53,668 nucleotides of DNA, taken from the NCBI GenBank assembly GCA_038882975.1, contig JAVZNE010000010.1:1-53668 (forward strand). Direction: 5' to 3'. Under the pieces are notes generated by a model. It was not told the origin of the DNA. It worked only from the letters and a program-made list of their open reading frames with translations, and did not search any database. How positions within the stretch are numbered: position 1 is the first letter of the stretch; each line of letters starts with the position of its first letter. This DNA is from Candidatus Bathyarchaeia archaeon (lineage in GTDB: Archaea; Thermoproteota; Bathyarchaeia; Bathyarchaeales; Bathycorpusculaceae). Both the position numbers and the translations under genes were made by a program. This document shows positions 1-9,543 of the stretch, one piece after another.

Positions 1-1
1 A

Positions 2-841
2 AACAGCACATTCTACGAATATCCAAAGCTAGAGACGGTTGAAGGATGGCGGGAAAAAGCACCAGAAAACTTCGAATTCACGGTTAAAGCCCACCAAGAC
101 ATAAGCCACAAGGCGAAAATGCGGCTGGACGAAACAAGCAGAAAAGCCTTCGAAACCATGAAACAAATATGCAAAACATTAAAGGCGAAAATACTGCTGA
201 TACAGACTCCCGGCTCCTTCCGACCAGACAAGCTCAGCGAAGCAGAAAAATTCTTCGAGGCTGTGGATCGTGAAGGCTTAACACTTGTATGGGAGACCCG
301 CGGACCAGAATGGGAAAAACCAGAAGTTTATGAGAAGCTAAAGCAAGTTTTAAGCCGCTTAGATGTGGTGCATGTGACAGACCCCTTTAGGGTTTTGCCA
401 GCCTACACAAATCAAACCGCCTATTTCCGACTGCACGGTTTAGGCGAAGAACTATACTACTACCAGTACACAGACGAGGAACTGCGGCAACTCAGCGAAA
501 TAGCCAAAAATTTCGAGGCGGAAGGCAAAACGGTTTACGTGCTCTTCAACAACCTCGCCATGTTCGAGGACGGATTACGCTTTATGCAATACCTCTCCAG
601 CAGGAAATTCCCAAAAATCACAGGCTCTGTTGGCTTGGAATCCATAAAAAGCGTTATTGAAAAGACGCGATATCCAGCACCAAAAAGCGTGCTGATTAAA
701 AAAGTTGGCTGGAGGCTTGTGGAAATCGAAGAGGGCAAACAGGTTAGGCTTGAGGAGCTGCTGGCGGAACTGCCATCAAAAACCTACAAAAAACCAGAAG
801 AAGTCCTAAAGGAGTTGAAGACCGCCAAAAAGTTGGGTTAA
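2..841 (+). CDS. DUF72 family protein (5'-truncated) with C-terminal DUF2795/DUF5789-like extension
   Basis: Frame is open from base 2 (NSTFYEYP...W...APENFEFTVKAHQDISH). Contains LIQTPGSF, YFRLHG, YxYTDEEL and VYVLFNN, typical of DUF72. Confidence 0.85.
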   Translation, partial: NSTFYEYPKLETVEGWREKAPENFEFTVKAHQDISHKAKMRLDETSRKAFETMKQICKTLKAKILLIQTPGSFRPDKLSEAEKFFEAVDREGLTLVWETRGPEWEKPEVYEKLKQVLSRLDVVHVTDPFRVLPAYTNQTAYFRLHGLGEELYYYQYTDEELRQLSEIAKNFEAEGKTVYVLFNNLAMFEDGLRFMQYLSSRKFPKITGSVGLESIKSVIEKTRYPAPKSVLIKKVGWRLVEIEEGKQVRLEELLAELPSKTYKKPEEVLKELKTAKKLG

Positions 842-1440
842 ACGGCTAAGCCCAACTCTTGAATTTTCGCCTTGAGCAGCCTAAAATCGCCAATGAGCAA
901 TTGTTTATATTTAGCGCTGTAAAGTCCCGCTGCCGGATGCAAGGTCGGGAAAACAGTTACAGCCAAGCCTAAAACATTTGCCGGATAAAATTTTCCCCTA
1001 GCCTCTGTTATTCCCCGGAAGGTTATTCCAGCCTTTGCGAAAATATACGCGGTTGAGTAATTTCCAAGAGTGATTATGAGTTTTGGCTTTATAGCCCCTA
1101 TCTGCCGTTCCAAAAAAGGTGTGCAAGCCTCAATTTCAGAGGGCGCTGGCTCACGGTTTCCAGGCGGGCGGCACTTCAAAACATTCCCAATAAAGACTTG
1201 ACCCCGCAAAAGACCAGCCTCAGCCAAAAGATTATCCAAAAACTTTCCGGCAGCCCCAACAAAAGGTCTGCCCTTAACATCTTCCCAGTAGCCCGGGGCC
1301 TCCCCAATAAGCATCACTTTGGCGTTTGAGTCTCCCTCACCTGGAACAGCGTTTTTGCGGGTTCTCCAAAGACCACACTTTTTGCAAGCCCTAACCTCTG
1401 AAGCAACAGCCTCCAAAACAGCCTCCCTTGATGAGTTCAT
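838..1440 (-). CDS. udg: Family 4 uracil-DNA glycosylase (4Fe-4S)
   Basis: CxxCxL, GEAPG, PFVGAAG, NVLKCRPPGNR and HPAA motifs. Start placed at ATG 1440. Confidence 0.95.
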   Translation of the reverse strand: MNSSREAVLEAVASEVRACKKCGLWRTRKNAVPGEGDSNAKVMLIGEAPGYWEDVKGRPFVGAAGKFLDNLLAEAGLLRGQVFIGNVLKCRPPGNREPAPSEIEACTPFLERQIGAIKPKLIITLGNYSTAYIFAKAGITFRGITEARGKFYPANVLGLAVTVFPTLHPAAGLYSAKYKQLLIGDFRLLKAKIQELGLAV

Positions 1441-1520
1441 GTCCCCAGCCAGTTTCAGTGATATGCTGGGAAGCACTTATTAGTGTTGTCAAAAGAATAA
1501 TTCAATGGAGAAGTGCCCAG

Positions 1521-1880
1521 ATGGGTTATGTTAAGGTCAAGGTAAAGATTCGAAATATTCACAATCCAGAACTGGAAGTCGAAAGGGAACTTCTCGCCAA
1601 CACAGGCTCAATATACACAATGGTTAAACGTGAGTTTCTTGAAGGCCTCCGAATAAAGCCAAAGGGAAAGCGGAAATTCAAAACGGCTGATGGGAGACTT
1701 GTCGAGCGGGAGGTTGGAGCCGCGGAAATAGAGATAGATGGGCAGAGCACTTACTCGATCATAATTTTCGGCGAAAAATCAGACGCTGAAGTTCTGGGCG
1801 TAACAACCCTTGAAGAACTCGGACTGCAAGTCGACCCTGTGACAGGCGAGCTAAAACCATTAGAGCTTCTACTCTTATAG
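1521..1880 (+). CDS. Clan AA (retropepsin-like) aspartyl protease family protein; catalytic DTG reads NTG
   Basis: ANTGSIYT, TADGR and C-terminal LGVTTLEELGLQVDP signature. Confidence 0.8.
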   Translation: MGYVKVKVKIRNIHNPELEVERELLANTGSIYTMVKREFLEGLRIKPKGKRKFKTADGRLVEREVGAAEIEIDGQSTYSIIIFGEKSDAEVLGVTTLEELGLQVDPVTGELKPLELLLL

Positions 1881-1939
1881 CAACCTTTCCAACAAAATTA
1901 AGGCACTTTAACAATTAAAAGTCATGGAGGCTTCAATTC

Positions 1940-2718
1940 TTGGCGAGTCTTTTAAAAATTGCAAGGAAATTTGTAAATGAAAAGTTCGTTGGCTGCGATG
2001 ATGTTTTGGGCGTTTTGTTGGAAGGCTCCGCCGCCATAGGTGTAAGAGACGAGTTTGTAGATCTGGATTTTGAAGTTATAATTACAGAGGAACGTTACCG
2101 AGAGGGCGTTTTCTTAGCCGATGAAACCATATATGAAGGCGTTGAGGTTTGCTGGGAATGGACCCCTTTCGAAAGGCTAGAATCCAAACTACATGGTTGG
2201 CAAAACGACATTAATCTATGGGTATATTCCACATCGAAAATAATGTATGACCCAACAGGAAAAGTGAGCCGCTTGTTAGAGAAGTATAGGAGGTATCCCG
2301 AAGACATTCGAAGGGAGAAAATGTTCTCCTACTTCTATTATGGGTGGGCGGAGCACCGTACAATTTCGAAAAGGCACCGCTGAGAAAGGACACAATTACC
2401 GCGCAACTTTGCCTAAACAACGCCGTTGAAATATTTACAGCCCTCCTCTTCATCATTAACAACAATTTTGTGCCTTATCGGAAATGGAGGCTTCGTGAAC
2501 TGCGAAAATTGGAAAAGAAACCAGAAAAATATGAGGAAAAGATAAGGCAACTGGTCCAAACCAACAGTTTCGACAGCGAAGCCTTCAATTTAAAACGTAA
2601 AATAGTCCAAGAAGTTGTTGACGAACTGAGAGAACTTCTAATTCAAGAAGGGATCCCCTCCGAGAAAGTTGGAAAGGACATGTGGAGGTACCAACCTAAA
2701 TATCTGCCATCACTATAG
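1940..2718 (+). pseudogene. Frameshifted nucleotidyltransferase / DUF4037-like protein
   Basis: ORF 1940-2383 carries GS...D.D (GSAAIGVRDEFVDLD). ORF 2344-2718 carries the helical domain with PYRKW. One extra G at 2346-2348 would join them. Confidence 0.7.
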
Positions 2719-2769
2719 AGGTAGAGTCGCTATTGGCGGTTTTCTCAGCTAAAAATTCATAGAAAAGGC

Positions 2770-2856
2770 TAGAGGGAGGGGGGAGGTCACTTTAAACAGT
2801 TTTCAACAACCATTTTCCCGATAGCCAAAATCTATAGAGAGGGGCTATCAATTTTG
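2770..2856 (+). repeat. Intergenic two-block G-rich element, copy 1
   Basis: TAGAGGGAGGGGGGAG ... AAAATCTATAGAGAGGGGCTATCAATTTTG; resembles the reverse complement of 47929-48020. Confidence 0.55.
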
Positions 2857-2885
2857 CAGTTCGCCACCCTCAGCAAAATTGACAT

Positions 2886-3179
2886 TTAAAGCATATGCTT
2901 TAAGGCTTCTGCGCCCCGCATTCCAAGCTGAACGCCTAACCCTTTAGCCTTTGTTGTGGCGGCTTTAATCTCGGCATTTAAAACATCCTCGAAGGTTTTT
3001 ACTCCGCTCACCATGGCTGCTGCCACGCTTAGGCGTTCTGCAGCCTCAATGTTTAGGAAGCCGCACATAACGAAGCCCTTCTCCGCCACAACCAGCAGTA
3101 GCGGCGGCGAATCTGGAAGCTCAACCCTAACGCCTAAACATGTTTTCTCGCCTACCTTAACCTGAGTAACACTTATCAA
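2886..3179 (-). CDS. DUF1805 / YunC family protein
   Basis: PLLLVVAEKGFVMCGFLN, AAMVSGVKTFEDVL and GM.G.EAL. Confidence 0.9.
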   Translation of the reverse strand: MISVTQVKVGEKTCLGVRVELPDSPPLLLVVAEKGFVMCGFLNIEAAERLSVAAAMVSGVKTFEDVLNAEIKAATTKAKGLGVQLGMRGAEALKHML

Positions 3180-3254
3180 AGCTGTCCCCCCACAGCCCTA
3201 TAGGTTGTGTTGTAATTTTTAAATAAGAATTGCCACACAGAAGAAGCGAAAACC

Positions 3255-3869
3255 ATGCTGACAAAGCTCAAAGCCAAAGTACAGTCAGTCATAAAAACAC
3301 AGGCACAAATAGCCAACAGGTTAGGCTTAACGCCAAACACCATAAGCGTCATAGGCATAATTTTAGCCCTATTCTCGGCGATAGCCTACACCATTGGACG
3401 CCAAGCAGTAACTCTGACCTTGGCTGTTATTCTGCTGCTTCTTTCGGGATACTGCGACATGCTGGATGGAGCCTTGGCAAGGCTATGCGAAAAAGAAACA
3501 CCCTTCGGGGGCTTCTTGGACTCCCTTCTCGATAGGTATGCGGACTCGGCGGTTTATGTGGGCATAATATTGGGCGGACTGTGCTCAGCTTCGTGGGGGC
3601 TTATAGCCCTTATAGGCTCTTTGCTGGTGAGCTATTCCCGTGCCAGAGCTGAAGCAGCAGGCATAAAAATGGAGACTGTTGGCTTGGCTGAAAGGGCTGA
3701 ACGCATAATCATAATTTCGGCTGCAAGCGTAGCCGAAATATTCTTTATAGGCATAATGGAAGCCGGCATGATATTGTTGGCTGTTCTCACAAACCTAACA
3801 GTGTTGCAGAGGAGCCTATACGCCTATAAAGCGTTAAAGAAGAAGGGAGAAACGAAGCCAGAAGGCTAG
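3255..3869 (+). CDS. CDP-alcohol phosphatidyltransferase (archaetidylinositol-phosphate synthase-like)
   Basis: TPN and DxxDGxxARxxxxxTPFGGFLDxxxDR motifs; SYSRARAE; multiple TM helices. Confidence 0.92.
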   Translation: MLTKLKAKVQSVIKTQAQIANRLGLTPNTISVIGIILALFSAIAYTIGRQAVTLTLAVILLLLSGYCDMLDGALARLCEKETPFGGFLDSLLDRYADSAVYVGIILGGLCSASWGLIALIGSLLVSYSRARAEAAGIKMETVGLAERAERIIIISAASVAEIFFIGIMEAGMILLAVLTNLTVLQRSLYAYKALKKKGETKPEG

Positions 3870-4156
3870 AACCTTCTGCCAATGCGAAGCTTGCGCTCTT
3901 CTCTTGCCCGAACCTTCACAATACCATAATGAACAGCGCATGAAACACAATAATATTTTGTGTCAACCGGCGCAGAAATATAAGCGCCTTTTTGGCGTAG
4001 CTCCTTAGCTAAGGCGGGATCCACCAGAGAAAGTCTCCGCGTTACTTTTTTAGCTTTATCCCGTGGCACAAGTTCCCCGCAGTTGGCACACTGGACAAAG
4101 CCACTTCTGCCCTTAGCACCCTTCGACCTTCCACGACTCTTCCTCTTATATGGCAT
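3866..4156 (-). CDS. rps26e: 30S ribosomal protein S26e
   Basis: MPYKRKSRGR, CxxC..VPRDKAKK and YCVSCAVH. ATG at 4156. Confidence 0.95.
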   Translation of the reverse strand: MPYKRKSRGRSKGAKGRSGFVQCANCGELVPRDKAKKVTRRLSLVDPALAKELRQKGAYISAPVDTKYYCVSCAVHYGIVKVRAREERKLRIGRRF

Positions 4157-4201
4157 AACACGACCCACAAGCGGTTCTATGCATGATATAGCCATGCACG
4201 C

Positions 4202-5092
4202 CTATATATCTGTTCTCAATTTCAAGATGCAAGCGATGTTAGCCCTAGAATCAATTCTGGGAATAATTTTCCCATTAGGCGACGTGAAGAGGGTTGTGAC
4301 GCCCGGACCATGCCCCGAAGTAACGCAGTTTGTGTGGACAACTATGCCCACTGAAACAGCGCCTTTGCGGTAGATTCTCCCATAAGAATGGTCTGCGTCC
4401 AGTATGGCCACCAAGTCGCCAAGCCGAAGATCGTCAAGCCCATACTCCTTCCGAGTAGCTTCATCGAAAAGCTGTATATCATAATCACCAGAATAAGTTT
4501 GGTTGGCGCCTAAGCCAGAGCCCATAATCGCTGCGGGAATAACATGCGTAACCGGGACCTCCAGCTTATCACCAACAGGCTTCGGGTCTAAAGCCTCCAG
4601 GAAATGGGGATCCATATTCATAACCTTAATGTTTGGAAAGTCCAAAAGTTTCAAGCCAACGCCGAAAGCCTTCACCAGCACTTTGTCGCCGAGCATGAGC
4701 TTTTCAAGGGTTTCAGGCTGAAAGTCAACAAGCACATGCTCTATCCCGCCATGCTTGCCTGTAACAACACCCTTTGCGCCTTTAGCGTCTCCAGAAACCA
4801 CAACTGCCTCATTCCCAACACATGAAAGCACGTTTAAGGCTGTGTTTGCGCCCTGTCCATAACGCGGGTCGTTTTCCTTGTTTTCTATGCTTACGCCAGG
4901 CTCAACGTGGTCAGCTTCCCAACCGCAAGCCGGGTCGCCAACCCTCACATTGTAGGTTATTCCGCCCACACCCGGCAAAACCATGGGCACCCCCTCAGCG
5001 GAAATGTTGTATATGCCTCTTCCATAAATTGGGCTTGCAACCTCACCAACAACGGAGATCTTAACCAGTTTGTCAACATTTGTCCTTAACAT
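4202..5092 (-). CDS. DUF4438 family protein
   Basis: LPGVGGITYN, ADHVEPGVS, GKHGGIEH, GDYDI and GHGPGVT. Confidence 0.85.
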   Translation of the reverse strand: MLRTNVDKLVKISVVGEVASPIYGRGIYNISAEGVPMVLPGVGGITYNVRVGDPACGWEADHVEPGVSIENKENDPRYGQGANTALNVLSCVGNEAVVVSGDAKGAKGVVTGKHGGIEHVLVDFQPETLEKLMLGDKVLVKAFGVGLKLLDFPNIKVMNMDPHFLEALDPKPVGDKLEVPVTHVIPAAIMGSGLGANQTYSGDYDIQLFDEATRKEYGLDDLRLGDLVAILDADHSYGRIYRKGAVSVGIVVHTNCVTSGHGPGVTTLFTSPNGKIIPRIDSRANIACILKLRTDI

Positions 5093-5240
5093 GGCTTTTC
5101 TCCTCGACGGAATAAAGTCAAGCTTGTCTTGGATAATAAGTTTCCCTTTTAAAACTGGTGTAACCGCTTAGAACATAAGAAGTTTTAAATGCCTCTTCCT
5201 ATTTTGAGTTGAGTGAACAGAAACCGCACAAAACTAGCCA

Positions 5241-5843
5241 GTGGCGAAACAGATGGCTGAAATTGGTTTAAGGTCAAGAATGCTGGTTAGAGACGTCATG
5301 AGCAGCCCAGTGATAACAGTAGACGAAGAAGCCACAGCAAACCACGTCGCAGAACTCATGGACAAGCACGGCTTAGGATGCATAATAGTAACCAGCAAGG
5401 AAGGAAAACCCATAGGAATAATAACTGAAAGAGACTTGGTGACAAGGGTTCTTGCAAAAAATGTTAAACCAGACACTTTAAAAGCAAAAGACGTCATGAC
5501 CACTCCACTCATAACAATAGAGCCAGACGAAACAATAAACGAAGCCGCCAGAAAAATGAGCAGACTAAACATTAGAAGGCTAGGCGTAGTCTACAAGGGG
5601 CAACTCATCGGAATTCTCTCCAGCAAGGACATACTGGCGGTAATGCCAGAACTAATCGAAACAATTCAGGAGAGAGCCCTAATAGAAGGAGAAAACCTAG
5701 CCCAAACAATCATAACAGAAAAGGAGGAAGAGTCCTCTCTGGCTGGTTACTGCGACCGCTGTGGCGGATGGTCGGACAACCTTAAAGAGGTGGATGGAGA
5801 ATTCCTCTGCGAAGACTGCAGAGCCGAATTGGAAACCAGATGA
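5241..5843 (+). CDS. CBS-pair protein with C-terminal Zn ribbon
   Basis: Two CBS repeats (GIITERD, GILSSKD) followed by GYCDRC...LCEDC. Confidence 0.9.
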   Translation: MAKQMAEIGLRSRMLVRDVMSSPVITVDEEATANHVAELMDKHGLGCIIVTSKEGKPIGIITERDLVTRVLAKNVKPDTLKAKDVMTTPLITIEPDETINEAARKMSRLNIRRLGVVYKGQLIGILSSKDILAVMPELIETIQERALIEGENLAQTIITEKEEESSLAGYCDRCGGWSDNLKEVDGEFLCEDCRAELETR

Positions 5844-5866
5844 AAAGGGTTTAAAGGGGAGATTTT

Positions 5867-6652
5867 TTGCGTGTCAAAGAAATATTGAATGAAAAGCACC
5901 CCTTCATTTATGATGATGAACTTGCAACAAAAGCCCGCGCCCTCATCCGCGACTTCTCCCTAAGAATATTGCCAGTCACAAATAGAGAAAGAAAGCTTTT
6001 GGGAGTAGTCTCCCGCGGCGTAGTCATGACCATATCCTCTTCTGTTTCACCAATAAAAGTAAAAGGAATAATGACAAACCCAAAGCATGTTGCCACAATA
6101 GACGATGACGCTTTCCAAACAATTAAAGCAATGCTGCGTGTGGACGAATGGTGCACACCAGTTGTAAACAACAAAACAGAAAACCTGTTGAAAGGAGTTT
6201 TAGGCTTGGAAAACTTCATAGAAAACATAATAAAAACAAGCCCTGAAAAACTTGCAAAGCCAGTTTCAGAAATAATGTCAACAAACCTTCTAACATGCTC
6301 TCCAGAAGACGAAATTGACAATGTTTGGCGCTTAATGCAAGACAAATCCTTAGCTGGGCTTCCAGTCACCGTCAAAAACAAGCTTGTAGGCATCATAACA
6401 CAGAGGGACCTTCTTGAGAGCGGAGCGCTTATGCCAACATTCGAGTCACATAAGGGAAGATTTAAAGCTTCAACGAAAATTTCAGCCGTTATGAAAACGA
6501 ACGTGATAGCCGTCCAGCCATCAGTAAAAGCGATAAGGGTTGCAAAAGTCATGGTTTCAAAAGACATTGGGCGAGTTCCAGTCGTAGACGAAGAGGGAAG
6601 GCTAATAGGCATAGTGGACCGAGAAGACATAGCAAGGCTCATAATCAAGTGA
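5867..6652 (+). CDS. Four-CBS-domain protein
   Basis: Repeated LPV...GIIT.RD patterns. Confidence 0.9.
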   Translation: MRVKEILNEKHPFIYDDELATKARALIRDFSLRILPVTNRERKLLGVVSRGVVMTISSSVSPIKVKGIMTNPKHVATIDDDAFQTIKAMLRVDEWCTPVVNNKTENLLKGVLGLENFIENIIKTSPEKLAKPVSEIMSTNLLTCSPEDEIDNVWRLMQDKSLAGLPVTVKNKLVGIITQRDLLESGALMPTFESHKGRFKASTKISAVMKTNVIAVQPSVKAIRVAKVMVSKDIGRVPVVDEEGRLIGIVDREDIARLIIK

Positions 6653-6653
6653 G

Positions 6654-7574
6654 ATGGGAACAAAAATGAGTAGAGAAACTTTTAGGAGAACATTGAGGGG
6701 CAAGGGGCCGGTCTCATTAAAGGGCTCAGCAGCCAAGAAACGCGAAGGTGGCGTGATGCACATAGCAAAAAGCCCAGTCATAACAATGGCTCCAACAACA
6801 CCCATACACGACGCCATAAAAATAATGGCAAGAGAGGGATTCCGCAGAATCCCCATAGCAGACCCCGGCGCAAAAACTTTGGCTGGCATAGTAACAGCCA
6901 CAGACATCGTTGACTATCTTGGCGGAGGCAAAAAGTTCGAAATAGTCCAGCAGAAGTTTTCCGGAAACATCTTCAAAGCCATAAACGAGCCCATAAAACT
7001 CATAATGAACCAGAAAGTTTTCACCGTTAAAACCACGGCGAACATAAGCGAAGCAATTCAGCTTATGAAGGAAAAGAATGTTGGCGGCTTGCCAGTTGTA
7101 GATGAAGAAAACCATGTTAGGGCAATAGTCACCGAGCGAGATGTAGCCCGCATGTTCGCAGACAGAATAAGCGGAATAAAGGTTTCACAACTGATGACAG
7201 AAAAGGTCGTAACAGCACTGCCCAAAACAACAATCTTCGAGGCGGAGAAAACCATGATTGGACAAGGCTTCAGAAGGCTCCCAATAGTTTCAGACGGCAA
7301 AGTCGTAGGCATAGTAACATCCATGGACATAATACGCTTCTTCGGCTCGGGAGAGGTCTTCAAACACCTAAAATCAGGAACAATAACGCAGGTTTTGAAC
7401 ACCCCATCCCTTGAAATAGCCACAAAAGATGTCGCAACAATCACGCCAGACGCAGATGTTGGACAAGCAGCAAAAATTATGCGGGAGAAAAACCTCGGCG
7501 CCTTACCAGTCGTCCAAAACGAGAGGCTTGTTGGCATAATAACCGAAAGGGACTTCTTCAAAATAATCGAGTAA
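6654..7574 (+). CDS. Four-CBS-domain protein
   Basis: GFRRIPI, GIVTATD, GFRRLPIV and GIITERD. Confidence 0.9.
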   Translation: MGTKMSRETFRRTLRGKGPVSLKGSAAKKREGGVMHIAKSPVITMAPTTPIHDAIKIMAREGFRRIPIADPGAKTLAGIVTATDIVDYLGGGKKFEIVQQKFSGNIFKAINEPIKLIMNQKVFTVKTTANISEAIQLMKEKNVGGLPVVDEENHVRAIVTERDVARMFADRISGIKVSQLMTEKVVTALPKTTIFEAEKTMIGQGFRRLPIVSDGKVVGIVTSMDIIRFFGSGEVFKHLKSGTITQVLNTPSLEIATKDVATITPDADVGQAAKIMREKNLGALPVVQNERLVGIITERDFFKIIE

Positions 7575-7590
7575 AATAATAGGCAATTTT

Positions 7591-8661
7591 ATGCCGAAGG
7601 AAGCCCTCTGCCTCAAAATTCCCAAAATTAATGGAGAAAAAGCCATAACAACAGCCCACAAACTAGAACTGATAAACAAAGAACTGGTAGTTCAAAGAAA
7701 CAACAATTATATTTACATCCCCCTCGTAAAAAGCCCCTCACAAGATGAGATTCAAGCCCTCCAAAAACAGGCTATAAACCTAGAAATCACAACTTACACT
7801 TTCCCAGAAAGAAAAACGCGTCCAAAAACATTTATTGAATTGTTAGAAGACAAACTGCCACCCCACTTACTGGCTTGCGTCCCCCGAGCCATGGACATCG
7901 TCGGCGACATAACCATAATCGAAATCCCACCAGAACTTGAAGCCCACAAGATGGAAATCGGAAATGCAATCCTACAAATTCACAAAAACTTACGAACAGT
8001 TCTTGCAAAGACCGGGGCAGTAAAAGGAGAATATCGCACAAGAGAATACACGATAATAGCTGGGGAACCAAAAACAGAAACCATCCACAAGGAGCACGGT
8101 TGCCTATACCATGTCGACCTAGCCAAAGCCTACTTCTCTCCACGCCTATCCCATGAGCACAAACGCGTGGCATCAATGGTTAAAGAAGGCGAAACGGTCA
8201 TAGACATGTTCGCTGGAGTGGGGCCCTTCTCAATCCTCATAGCAAAAACCCATGAACGTGTTAGGGTTTACGCCATAGACATAAATCCAGAAGCCATAGC
8301 TCTGCTCGAAAAGAATGTTAGGCTGAATAGGGTTGAGGGAAAAGTCCACCCAATCCTTGGCGACGCAAAACAAATCGTTAAACAAAAACTTCGCGAGCAA
8401 GCAGACCGCATCATCATGAACCTGCCAGAAAAAGCCATAGAGTTTGTAGGAGCCGCATGTGAAGCCTTAAAGCCGGAAGGGGGCACCATACACTTCTATG
8501 GCTTCGTCACGGCAGAAGACCCCATGGAAAAATTGGAACTACGATTTAAAGAAGAGGTTAAAAAATTCGGGAGAACAGTGGCGAAAATTCTTCACTCAAG
8601 AACTGTTCGCGAAACAGCCCCCTACGAGTGGCAAGCCGTTTTAGACGCTGAAATTCGCTAA
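7591..8661 (+). CDS. trm5: tRNA (guanine37-N1)-methyltransferase, Trm5 family
   Basis: DIVGDI, YFSPRL, DMFAGVGPF and IIMNLP. Confidence 0.9.
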   Translation: MPKEALCLKIPKINGEKAITTAHKLELINKELVVQRNNNYIYIPLVKSPSQDEIQALQKQAINLEITTYTFPERKTRPKTFIELLEDKLPPHLLACVPRAMDIVGDITIIEIPPELEAHKMEIGNAILQIHKNLRTVLAKTGAVKGEYRTREYTIIAGEPKTETIHKEHGCLYHVDLAKAYFSPRLSHEHKRVASMVKEGETVIDMFAGVGPFSILIAKTHERVRVYAIDINPEAIALLEKNVRLNRVEGKVHPILGDAKQIVKQKLREQADRIIMNLPEKAIEFVGAACEALKPEGGTIHFYGFVTAEDPMEKLELRFKEEVKKFGRTVAKILHSRTVRETAPYEWQAVLDAEIR

Positions 8662-9083
8662 ACCTCAACAGTCAAAGTTATCCTAACCAACTGCTCTGGG
8701 TTCTGAAGTTTCCTCACAAGAGCCCTTGACAAGTCGCAAGCCGCCTTATCCGCATTAATCGCCAAAGTTCTGCCACAGACATATCCACTTTTCCTCACAA
8801 CCATGTCTGTCGGATGCGACAAAATCAGCATAGGACTTCCAAAAGCCCTCACCACATCAAAAACACCACCAGCATCTATAAGAATCGTAAGCCTCGCGTC
8901 CTTTCTACGGAGAAAACTCCTAAACTCTGGTTTTAAGTCCAATAAGCTTTTATCAGCTGAAACCGCAACAATACAGTCGCCTCTAACGGTTAGCTCTTTC
9001 TCCTTAGTTATCTCAAGCGTGGTGGTGTGGGACGCTCTTATGTTCTCATGTCCAAACGCCGTTATAACCTCGGCTACTCTCAT
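8658..9083 (-). CDS. DUF371 family protein
   Basis: GHENIRASHTTTLEITKE, RGDCI and VRKS..RTL. ATG at 9083. Confidence 0.9.
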   Translation of the reverse strand: MRVAEVITAFGHENIRASHTTTLEITKEKELTVRGDCIVAVSADKSLLDLKPEFRSFLRRKDARLTILIDAGGVFDVVRAFGSPMLILSHPTDMVVRKSGYVCGRTLAINADKAACDLSRALVRKLQNPEQLVRITLTVEV

Positions 9084-9096
9084 AAAAGCGCCCTTA

Positions 9097-9543
9097 TTAC
9101 AGTTCCTTCGCAAGATATAGCGCAGTTTTTGCATTATCATAGAGCTTTTCATTGTAGCCGCAGATTCTAAAGCCATTTTTCAAATAAAGGTTTAAGGCTG
9201 GAATGTTATCTATTGCGGTGTCAAACATGAGAACCCGCGCACCATTTTCTCTTGCAAAATCCTCCATGGCCTTTAGTAGAAGGGAACCTATTCCTCTACG
9301 CCTATAACCAGCGTCAACGAGGAGGCTTATCACATAAGCACTTTTATTCCACCTATAAAAATGCACTCTAGAAAAACCTACAATCTCGCCACTTTCCTCA
9401 GCGACAAAGAATCTGCACTTCTCATTGGGACTTTCAAAATTGAAGATAGCCCCTAAATCCTCGTTTAAAGGCTCCCTATTCTTCTTAATCAGCTCTAATA
9501 TTTTGGGCAGATCCGGCAGCTCTGCCATTCTAATTTTTGGCAT
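9097..9543 (-). CDS. GNAT family N-acetyltransferase
   Basis: YRRRGIG motif A; N.PA..LY.KNGF. Confidence 0.92.
   Translation of the reverse strand: MPKIRMAELPDLPKILELIKKNREPLNEDLGAIFNFESPNEKCRFFVAEESGEIVGFSRVHFYRWNKSAYVISLLVDAGYRRRGIGSLLLKAMEDFARENGARVLMFDTAIDNIPALNLYLKNGFRICGYNEKLYDNAKTALYLAKEL

Noticed and set aside
2336-2365. Second BHB intron at the NTase frameshift
   Set aside because: Only a short hairpin is present; I could not form a 4-bp helix with opposing 3-nt bulges, and a 1-nt deletion explains the shift.
3181-3196. GCTGT-CCCCCC-ACAGC hairpin at the DUF1805 ribosome-binding site
   Set aside because: 5-bp stem only; no other support for regulation.
5908-6663. 251-aa antisense ORF (and many other shadow ORFs)
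   Set aside because: Antisense to well-supported genes, Ser/Phe-rich, with no motifs.
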